Shown here: piece by piece, positions 28,096-34,378 of the stretch
How positions within the stretch are numbered: position 1 is the first letter of the stretch
Layout: each line of letters begins with the position of its first letter
Assembly (NCBI GenBank): GCA_031370645.1
Contig: JANMQV010000105.1
Span: forward strand, 1 to 34,378
Origin: Candidatus Eiseniibacteriota bacterium
GTDB lineage: Bacteria; Eisenbacteria; RBG-16-71-46; SZUA-252
Reading direction: 5' to 3'
Length of the DNA: 34,378 bases
Position numbers and translations under genes: made by a program
Notes under the pieces: model-generated
The model's input: the letters and a program-made list of their open reading frames with translations, nothing else
Told to the model about the DNA's origin: nothing
Database searches by the model: none

Positions 28096-30939
28096 ATGAG
28101 GTTCTCGCTGCAACGCGATTTGAGCGTTCGACTTGCGGTTAGCGGACTGGCGCTCGCCATGGTCCTTACCGCGTCGGCCGCCGTGGCCGCCCCCTCGAAG
28201 GAGGGCGGAGCGAAGCCGCCCCAGATCCAGCTCGACTTCGAGAAGTACACGCTCCCCAACGGCCTGGACGTCATCCTCCGCGAGGACCACCGGCTTCCGA
28301 TCGTCGCCACGAACATCTGGTATCACGTCGGTCCGGCCAACGAGCTTCCCGGCCGCACCGGCTTCGCCCACCTCTTCGAGCATATGATGTTTCAGTCCTC
28401 CGGCCACGTCGGCGAGGACCAGTTCTGGAAGTACATGGAAGGCGCGGGCGCCTCGTTCATCAACGGAACGACCGACGCCGACCGGACGAACTATCTGAAC
28501 GATGTCCCGTCGAACCAGTTGGAGACGGCGCTCTGGCTCGAGAGCGACCGGATGGGCTTCCTGCTCGACAAAATCACGGCCGCCTCTCTCGCCAACCAGC
28601 AGGACGTCGTTCGAAACGAGCGTCGCCAGAGCGTCGAGAGCGCGCCCTACCAGCTGGTGGAGGAGGCGATGCTCCACGCCGCGCTGCCGAAGGAGCACCC
28701 GTACTACGCGTACATCATCGGCTCGCACGAGGACATCCAGGCCGCGAAGCTCGACGACATCAAGGACTTCTTCAAGCACTACTACTGCCCGAACAACGCG
28801 AGCCTCGTCATCGTCGGCGACATCGACAAGGTGAAGACCAAGGCCCTCATCGAGAAGTACTTCGGCTCGATTCCGCGCGGCGAAGCGGTTCCGCCGATCA
28901 CGGCGACGACGCCGCCGATCACTTCGGAGCGCCGCGTGGTGATGACCGACAAGGTCACCCTCCCCCGCGTCTACATGCTCTATCTCACGTCGCCGATCTT
29001 CAAACCGGGCGACGCCGATGCCGTCATCGCGGCCGATATCCTCGGCGGCGGGAAGGCGAGCCGTCTCTACAAGTCCCTCGTCTACACGAAGCAGATCGCC
29101 CAGGACGCGACCGTCGCGCAGAACTCCTACCTCCTCGGCTCGCAATTCCAGATCACCGTCACGGTGAAGCCGGGACACACGGTCGACGAAGTCGAGGCGG
29201 CGGTCGACGCGGAACTCGCGAAATTCACTTCCGAGGGCCCGACCGCGGCCGAGGTCGCGGCGGCACAGAATTCGATCTACTCCGACATCGTCACGAGCCT
29301 CGAGAACTACGGCGGGTTCGAAGGCGTCGCAGACCGGATGAACAAGTACAACCAGTTCTTCAAGGATCCGGGCTACCTGAACCAGGACCTCGCTCGCTAC
29401 GCGGCCGTCACACCGGAGAGCGTGAAGAAGTTCGCCCAGGAGCAGCTCGGCAAGAATCAGCGGGTGGTCGCGCACGCCAATCCGGGCGACAAGCAGCTCC
29501 CGTCGGATCCGACAGCGCCGCCGAAGCCGGCGATCGACGAGAAGCCGATCGTCTCTGCCGAGCCATGGCGGAACACGCAGCCCACGCCCGGCCCGGCGCC
29601 GACCGCGAAACTCCCCCGCGCCAAGAAGTTCGGCCTGTCGAATGGCCTGACCGTCTACCTCGTGGAAGCGAACAACCTCCCAATCGTGTCGGCGAACGTG
29701 GTCTTCCGTTCGGGGAGCGCGCGGGACCCGCAGGGCATGTCGGGCCTCGCCGGCTTCACGGCGTCGATGCTCGACGAGGGAACAGCGAAGCGGGACGCGA
29801 TGAAGATCGCGGAAGAGGTTCATTCCCTCGGCGCCACCCTCGGAACGAGTTCCCAGGTGGACGGAAGCAACGCTTCGACTCGCGCGTTGAAGGGGAACGC
29901 CCTTCCGGCTCTGTCGATTCTCTCCGACGTCGTGACCTCGCCCGCCTTCCCGGCGAACGAGATCGAACGTGTTCGGAAGGAGCGGCTCACGGCGCTCATG
30001 CAGCAGCGCGATGCTCCGTTCCCGACGGCCATGCGCGTCATGAACGCCTGCCTCTTCGGACCGACGCACCCGTACGGGCATACGTCACTGGGCACCGAAG
30101 CCGCGATCCAAAAAATCTCGCGCTCGGACATGGAGTCGTTCTACAAGAGTTCCTACAGCCCCAAGAACGCCGCCCTCATCCTGGTCGGCAACCTGACGGA
30201 AGCCGAGGCGAAGAAGCTGGCGCAGGACAGTTTCGGCTCCTGGAAGGGTGATGCCACCGCGTCGACGATGCCTGCCGAGGGCGCGATGACAAACGCCCGC
30301 GTCGTGATCGTCGACAAGGCCGGCTCGAACTCGACCGCGCTCCTCGTCGGCCAGTTCGGCGTCAATCGCGCGAACCCCGACTACGAGAAGCTCGACGTGA
30401 TGAACACGGTTCTCGGCGGGCTCTTCTCGAGCCGCATCAACCTGAATCTCCGCGAGGACAAGGGCTACTCCTACGGCGCCTTCTCCTTCATCGGCCAGAA
30501 TCGAGGCGTCGGACCGTTCATGGCGGGCGCCCAGGTGCGCGGCGACGTGACGGGCCCATCGGCCGAGGAACTCCTGAAGGAAGTGACGAAAATTCGCGAC
30601 GCCGGGGTGACGGCTGAGGAGCTGGTGCTCGCGAAGGATTCGATCACGCGCCCGCTACCGGCCAATTTCGAAACGACGGCGAGCACGGCGGGCACCATGG
30701 CCGGAATCTACCTCTTCGACCTTCCGCTCGATTACTACGAGACGCTCCCCGCTCGCGTGAACGCGATCACGACCGCCGACGTGGCGGCCGTGGCGAAGAA
30801 GTACCTCACGCCGGAGCGGATGGTGGTCGTGGCGGTTGGCGATCGGAAGTCGATCGAGCCACAGCTCCAGAAGCTGAACCTCGGCGCCATGGCGATTCGC
30901 GACGCCGACGGCAACGAGGTGACCGCAGCCAGCAACTAG
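28096..30939 (+). CDS. Secreted M16 family (pitrilysin/insulinase) zinc peptidase, two fused halves
   Basis: ATG after AAGGAG; signal peptide; GFAHLFEHMMF (HxxEH); second half lacks the motif and carries NLREDKGYSYG. Confidence 0.95.
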   Translation: MRFSLQRDLSVRLAVSGLALAMVLTASAAVAAPSKEGGAKPPQIQLDFEKYTLPNGLDVILREDHRLPIVATNIWYHVGPANELPGRTGFAHLFEHMMFQSSGHVGEDQFWKYMEGAGASFINGTTDADRTNYLNDVPSNQLETALWLESDRMGFLLDKITAASLANQQDVVRNERRQSVESAPYQLVEEAMLHAALPKEHPYYAYIIGSHEDIQAAKLDDIKDFFKHYYCPNNASLVIVGDIDKVKTKALIEKYFGSIPRGEAVPPITATTPPITSERRVVMTDKVTLPRVYMLYLTSPIFKPGDADAVIAADILGGGKASRLYKSLVYTKQIAQDATVAQNSYLLGSQFQITVTVKPGHTVDEVEAAVDAELAKFTSEGPTAAEVAAAQNSIYSDIVTSLENYGGFEGVADRMNKYNQFFKDPGYLNQDLARYAAVTPESVKKFAQEQLGKNQRVVAHANPGDKQLPSDPTAPPKPAIDEKPIVSAEPWRNTQPTPGPAPTAKLPRAKKFGLSNGLTVYLVEANNLPIVSANVVFRSGSARDPQGMSGLAGFTASMLDEGTAKRDAMKIAEEVHSLGATLGTSSQVDGSNASTRALKGNALPALSILSDVVTSPAFPANEIERVRKERLTALMQQRDAPFPTAMRVMNACLFGPTHPYGHTSLGTEAAIQKISRSDMESFYKSSYSPKNAALILVGNLTEAEAKKLAQDSFGSWKGDATASTMPAEGAMTNARVVIVDKAGSNSTALLVGQFGVNRANPDYEKLDVMNTVLGGLFSSRINLNLREDKGYSYGAFSFIGQNRGVGPFMAGAQVRGDVTGPSAEELLKEVTKIRDAGVTAEELVLAKDSITRPLPANFETTASTAGTMAGIYLFDLPLDYYETLPARVNAITTADVAAVAKKYLTPERMVVVAVGDRKSIEPQLQKLNLGAMAIRDADGNEVTAASN

Positions 30940-30982
30940 CCGAGAACGGCGCCCAAGGCGCCGGATCGAAGGCGAGGAACAG

Positions 30983-31024
30983 ACGAAGGGCCGCTCCGAC
31001 GATTGCCGGGGCGGCCCTCTTCGT
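30983..31024. terminator. Putative bidirectional terminator hairpin between convergent M16 peptidase and ferritin
   Basis: GGGCCGCTCCG / CGGGGCGGCCC stem (one G-U pair) with flanking ACGAA / TTCGT. Confidence 0.55.
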
Positions 31025-31055
31025 TGCTTCGCACCAAGGCGCGCGAACGATCGCG

Positions 31056-31580
31056 TTACTCGGCTTCCCCGCCCATCGCCGACGCGACCTTCGGGGCGCC
31101 CCGCCGTACCAGGTAGTCCTCCACGAACAGGAGCCCGCCCTCGCTCGCGCGCCGGACGATGCTCAGCAGCTGCTCCATGCTCGACACTTCCTCGAGCTGC
31201 TCGTTCACGAACCACTGGAGGAAATTGCGCGAGATATGGTCCGACTCGGCGATCGCCAGGTCGACGAGGCCGTTGATCTGTTTCGTCACGGTCACTTCCC
31301 AGGTCACCGAGAGTTGCACCGCTTCCTCGGCCGTCTTGAACGTCGGCTTCGGCGCCGGGATCTGCGGAATGACGACGTGCCCGCCCGCATCGACGACGTA
31401 CTGAACCAGTTTCATGGCGTGCATCCGCTCTTCGCTCGCCTGCTTGAGGAAATGCGCGGAGAGTTCGGGCAGGCCCTCGACGCCGAAGTGGCAGCCGATC
31501 TGGACGTACTGCATCGACGCTCCGAATTCGTTTCCGATCTGCACGTTCAGCGCGTCGTTCATCTTCTGACTGATGATCAT
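31056..31580 (-). CDS. ftnA: Non-heme ferritin
   Basis: LNVQIGNE...QY, QASEERMHAMK, WEVTVT, FLQWFVNEQLEE ferroxidase residues; GAGGA RBS. Confidence 0.92.
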   Translation of the reverse strand: MIISQKMNDALNVQIGNEFGASMQYVQIGCHFGVEGLPELSAHFLKQASEERMHAMKLVQYVVDAGGHVVIPQIPAPKPTFKTAEEAVQLSVTWEVTVTKQINGLVDLAIAESDHISRNFLQWFVNEQLEEVSSMEQLLSIVRRASEGGLLFVEDYLVRRGAPKVASAMGGEAE

Positions 31581-31632
31581 CGATGGATCCTCTCTGGTTC
31601 GCCGCGGCCGGGACCCGGTCCCGCCTCGGGCG

Positions 31633-32169
31633 CTAGTTTGACTTCAACGGCTTGAACGAGAATTTTTGGCCACCCACGGAAGCCTCGTACATGAGGCCCC
31701 CTTTCCCCATCGTGACGATGGCGACTCCGCGATTGTACGCGATATCGCGCGACGCGCGCGCCGTCACCGCGATAGCCGACGCCTGGGCGTTGAATTCGAA
31801 ATTCCCGCGCCGGAAATCGTCGAGGGAGGTTTTGTCCTTGAAGAAGATCACCTCGCTGTACGCCTGCCCTCCGAGTTGAAAGCCGACAGTCAGCTGAGTC
31901 AGGGTCGATCTGCCGATGAGGGCGCCCCGCTCGAAGACCTCTCCCTTGCCGCGGGCGGCGCCGATTCCGATCGCTCCCTTTCCCACCGTCGGAAAGATCG
32001 CGTACCCGTAAGCGTCGGCAAAGACCTTCTCGAACCCGGGGTCCTTCTCCTTGAATCTTCGGATGACGGAGGAGGTGTCGTCCTTGGCAAGCCCGGCGGA
32101 GGGAACCGAAGCCGCGAACAGCAAAATCAGGAGTGCGAGCATGGGGCGGCGCATCGCGATCGTGGGCAT
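31633..32169 (-). CDS. Secreted SYLF/Ysc84-like lipid-binding protein
   Basis: Signal peptide; YAIFPTVGKG, GFQLGGQAYSEVIFF, GGLMYEASVGGQKF. Confidence 0.85.
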   Translation of the reverse strand: MPTIAMRRPMLALLILLFAASVPSAGLAKDDTSSVIRRFKEKDPGFEKVFADAYGYAIFPTVGKGAIGIGAARGKGEVFERGALIGRSTLTQLTVGFQLGGQAYSEVIFFKDKTSLDDFRRGNFEFNAQASAIAVTARASRDIAYNRGVAIVTMGKGGLMYEASVGGQKFSFKPLKSN

Positions 32170-32182
32170 GTGGTGAGGATCC

Positions 32183-32317
32183 TTACTGAACGAGGATGAG
32201 GCGAGACTGACTCGGGTCGGTCGTCTCGATTCTCAGGTAGAAGGGCTTCAGTTTCCCGTAGGTCGAGCGGTAGATCTCGCCGCCGTACCGGATCCTTGAG
32301 CCGGAGGATGCTGCCAC
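32183..32317 (-). CDS. Unannotated 44-aa ORF or C-terminal gene remnant
   Basis: GTG...TAA: MAASSGSRIRYGGEIYRSTYGKLKPFYLRIETTDPSQSRLILVQ. Gene-like GC3 codons in the middle and 3' part; stop 13 nt before the SYLF ATG; no clear RBS. Confidence 0.4.
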   Translation of the reverse strand: MAASSGSRIRYGGEIYRSTYGKLKPFYLRIETTDPSQSRLILVQ

Positions 32318-32378
32318 TCAGCCTACGCTCGGTTCTGCCGGGCGGCAAGGTCGCGGTGCCCCCGTGGTGCGGAGAAAT

Positions 32379-32456
<78 letters not shown>

Positions 32457-32503
32457 CTGTATGAATCGTGGGGCTCGGCGAAGTTTCCCACCAGAGCCGG
32501 GCC

Positions 32504-32532
32504 ACTATACCCCACTCCGGACTCCTTCGCTA
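32504..32532 (-). promoter_or_regulatory. Putative tRNA promoter
   Basis: Minus strand TATAGT (32504-32509), weak -35 TAGCGA at 17 nt, overlapped by the inverted repeat CCGGACT/AGTCCGG (32517-32538). Confidence 0.4.
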
Positions 32533-32667
32533 GTCCGGGGCCCGGCCCATCCACGTGGCTCGATCGAGCCACCGATTTGCTCGAACGGACCCATTCGGCA
32601 TTTCATGCAGGGCCATGGCAATCCCATAAGTCACTGCACAATAACATCATAGCCTTAAAGCCTCTAA

Positions 32668-32683
32668 CGGCATGGCCCATGCT
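32668..32683 (+). promoter_or_regulatory. Putative sigma54 (-24/-12) promoter
   Basis: CGGCATGGCCCATGCT with exact GG-N10-GC spacing, preceded by an AT-rich IHF-like tract (32627-32652). Confidence 0.45.
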
Positions 32684-32807
32684 TTCTCTTACAGTCGGAC
32701 AGAAGCACCGGATCGCCGCGGTGGCCAGTAGGGCTACCCCGCCGGTACCGCCGAGAGAACCCGGCGGATCGTCTCGAAGGGCGCCAGCAAGGCGCCGAGG
32801 GGGCACG

Positions 32808-33548
32808 TTGAACGCGATGGTGGTGGCGCTCTACGTCACTCTGGTGGTGCTCGCGGGTGCGGCTTCGGTCGTGTCGGCGGGTGCTCCGGACCTTTCCGTG
32901 GGTGCGCTCCCGATTCTCTTCTGGCTCCTCGCGAATCTACTCGGCGAAGTCCTCTGGCTGCCGGCGCCGAAGGGGCGCGGCTATCTGAGCATGGCGAACG
33001 CCGCGAACTTCGCGACGCTCCTCATTCTCCCGCTGGCCCTGGCGGTCCCGGTGACGGCCGCCGCCGGCTTCTTCGCGGACCTCATCTTCCGCCGCCGCGT
33101 CTGGTATCGCGCGCTCTTCAACGCCGGCATGTGCGCGGTGACGGTTTACGTCACTTCAGATGTCTTCCACCGGTTGGGCGGCACGAGCGGATCGCTCGAC
33201 GCGCTCACGTCGCCGCTCAACGCGGTTCCGCTCGCCGCCGCGACCGCCGTCTACTTCCTGGTCAACACGTGGCTCGTCGCGGGCGTCATCGCGCTTCACC
33301 GCGATCACCCGGTCTGGACCGTCTGGCGCGAGAGCTTCGCCTTCGCCTACGAACTCGTGGGTGTCGGCGTGCTTCACATTCTCGGATTCATTTTCGCGGC
33401 GCTCTTCTGCACGTGGGGTTACATGAGCGCCTTCGTGGCGGTGTTCCTTACCTACTTCATTCGCGACGCCTACGTTCGCTACACGGCCGATACGATCAGC
33501 CGCCCGGCGACCTCCGCGTCCCCTCGAAAAGGGAGCGTCCTCCGATGA
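32808..33548 (+). CDS. Stand-alone multi-TM sensor domain protein (MASE9-like), no output domain
   Basis: TTG after GAGGGG (GTG 32721 and ATG 32817 are alternatives). Roughly 7-8 hydrophobic segments; LSMANAANFA, WYRALFNAGM, VYFLVNTWLVAGVIAL resemble N-terminal sensors of HD-GYP/GGDEF proteins. Confidence 0.7.
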   Translation: MNAMVVALYVTLVVLAGAASVVSAGAPDLSVGALPILFWLLANLLGEVLWLPAPKGRGYLSMANAANFATLLILPLALAVPVTAAAGFFADLIFRRRVWYRALFNAGMCAVTVYVTSDVFHRLGGTSGSLDALTSPLNAVPLAAATAVYFLVNTWLVAGVIALHRDHPVWTVWRESFAFAYELVGVGVLHILGFIFAALFCTWGYMSAFVAVFLTYFIRDAYVRYTADTISRPATSASPRKGSVLR

Positions 33549-34213
33549 CCCGTTCGGCCCGCAGCGCCTCGATCCTGTTCGCCGCAACTTCATTCCTCCT
33601 GATTTTCGCGTTGGCCGGATGCGGCGAAATGACGACGGCTCCGGAGTCGGCGGGTGGAAGCGAAGTTCAGAACCCATCCGGTGGCCCCATGGTCCTCCAG
33701 GTGGGAGCGGACAGAAACGCTCACTGGGTCGCCATGCCGGACGCTTATCTCGCGCCGACGCCGATACAGTACGGTGACGCGACGTTTGACCCGGCGCGGG
33801 CTCTTACGGTTTCGAAGCGGATCGACGGCAGCGTGGGCGGTCGCCTGGTTTGCGGACGCTTCGTCGCGAGCGTTCCCGCCGGTGCCTTCGATGGCGTCGG
33901 AACGATCACGATGTCGATGCCCGACTCGACGATCATGCTCTGCGACCTCAACGTGGAACCGGTCGAATTGAACGGCTTCCTCAAACCGATCGATCTCGCG
34001 CTTCATACGACGGGCACGACCACCGACCTCGACTCGCTCGAAATCTACTGGTGGGACCCCGATGCGCGTTCATGGAAGGCCATGGGCTGTCAGAAATCGA
34101 CAAACCTCGAGCGTGTACTGCTCGATGAACTGCAGACCGCCGACGCGATTGAAGGAGCTGTCCTGCCGCTGTCGCACTTCTCCCGCTATGCGGCTGGAAA
34201 GGCGGGGTGGTAG
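33545..34213 (+). CDS. Lipoprotein with ZU5-like domain and C-terminal HFS motif
   Basis: ATGA overlap with the upstream gene; lipobox LAGC (Cys26); IDGSVGGRL...SVPAGAFDG..TITMS, FLKPIDL, IYWWDP..RSW, LSHFSRYAAGKAGW*. Confidence 0.75.
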   Translation: MTRSARSASILFAATSFLLIFALAGCGEMTTAPESAGGSEVQNPSGGPMVLQVGADRNAHWVAMPDAYLAPTPIQYGDATFDPARALTVSKRIDGSVGGRLVCGRFVASVPAGAFDGVGTITMSMPDSTIMLCDLNVEPVELNGFLKPIDLALHTTGTTTDLDSLEIYWWDPDARSWKAMGCQKSTNLERVLLDELQTADAIEGAVLPLSHFSRYAAGKAGW

Positions 34214-34378
34214 CCCAAGAGGCTTCCACTTCCGTACCCGCGGCGCCGGCGCGAAGGGGGCGCGCCGGCCCCGCGGGTACGGCAGTGGAAGCCACACGGG
34301 CGCCCACCCCGCCGTTACAGCCGCGTAGGGGGAGAAGTGCGACAGCGGCCGGACCGCTCCATCAAACGCGGCGGCGGG
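34136..34378. repeat. Long imperfect inverted repeat reaching the window end
   Basis: Arms 34136-34253 and 34261-34378 (118 nt each), loop AAGGGGG. Ungapped manual alignment gives 101/118 matches. Confidence 0.95.

Noticed and set aside
16581-30939. Apparent N-terminal fusions in the track: MFP 576 aa, GlpK 803 aa, hydrolase 543 aa, M16 1107 aa (also the 360-aa lipoprotein ORF at 33131)
   Set aside because: The extensions are Arg/Pro-rich off-frame readings of upstream genes; better internal starts exist with SD, coupling or signal peptides.
32694-32807. Known riboswitch (c-di-GMP, c-di-AMP etc.) in the sensor leader
   Set aside because: No conserved riboswitch core recognised; short hairpins are common at this GC and part of the region may be coding from GTG 32721.
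34136-34378. Diversity-generating retroelement TR/VR pair
   Set aside because: Only 9 of 17 mismatches are at A on one strand, the copy is an adjacent perfect fold-back including non-coding flank, and there is no reverse transcriptase in the window.

Overview
High-GC bacterial chromosomal window of mostly housekeeping and envelope genes; no CRISPR, integrase, transposase or phage genes were recognised. A secreted protein with a C-terminal FlgD-Ig-like domain, lipoproteins and TolC point to a diderm such as Candidatus Eisenbacteria or relatives (inference only). Order: truncated FAD oxidoreductase; choice-of-anchor-B secreted protein; orphan cytochrome c oxidase subunit III with a lipoprotein and TPR-zincin; MFS; RecQ; sterol-desaturase-family protein; LEA_2-like lipoprotein; ABC-2 exporter; DUF4919-like protein; TolC-MFP-RND operon; a degraded HtrA gene; lysophospholipase, glpK, glpD; SDR; alpha/beta hydrolase; methyltransferase; Ddl-like ATP-grasp; M16 peptidase; ferritin; SYLF protein; tRNA-Glu(TTC). 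The best candidate for a new system is the last operon. A putative sigma54 promoter precedes a stand-alone MASE9-like membrane sensor with no output domain. It is coupled to a lipoprotein with a ZU5-like domain and a His-Phe-Ser autoproteolysis motif that would cut off a 10-aa C-terminal peptide (SRYAAGKAGW). The window ends in a 118-bp-arm imperfect inverted repeat, probably a fold-back artefact. Also notable: several apparently leaderless genes, a probable ATA start for glpD, and an unannotated 44-aa ORF after the tRNA. All family assignments are by eye from motifs; no searches were run.
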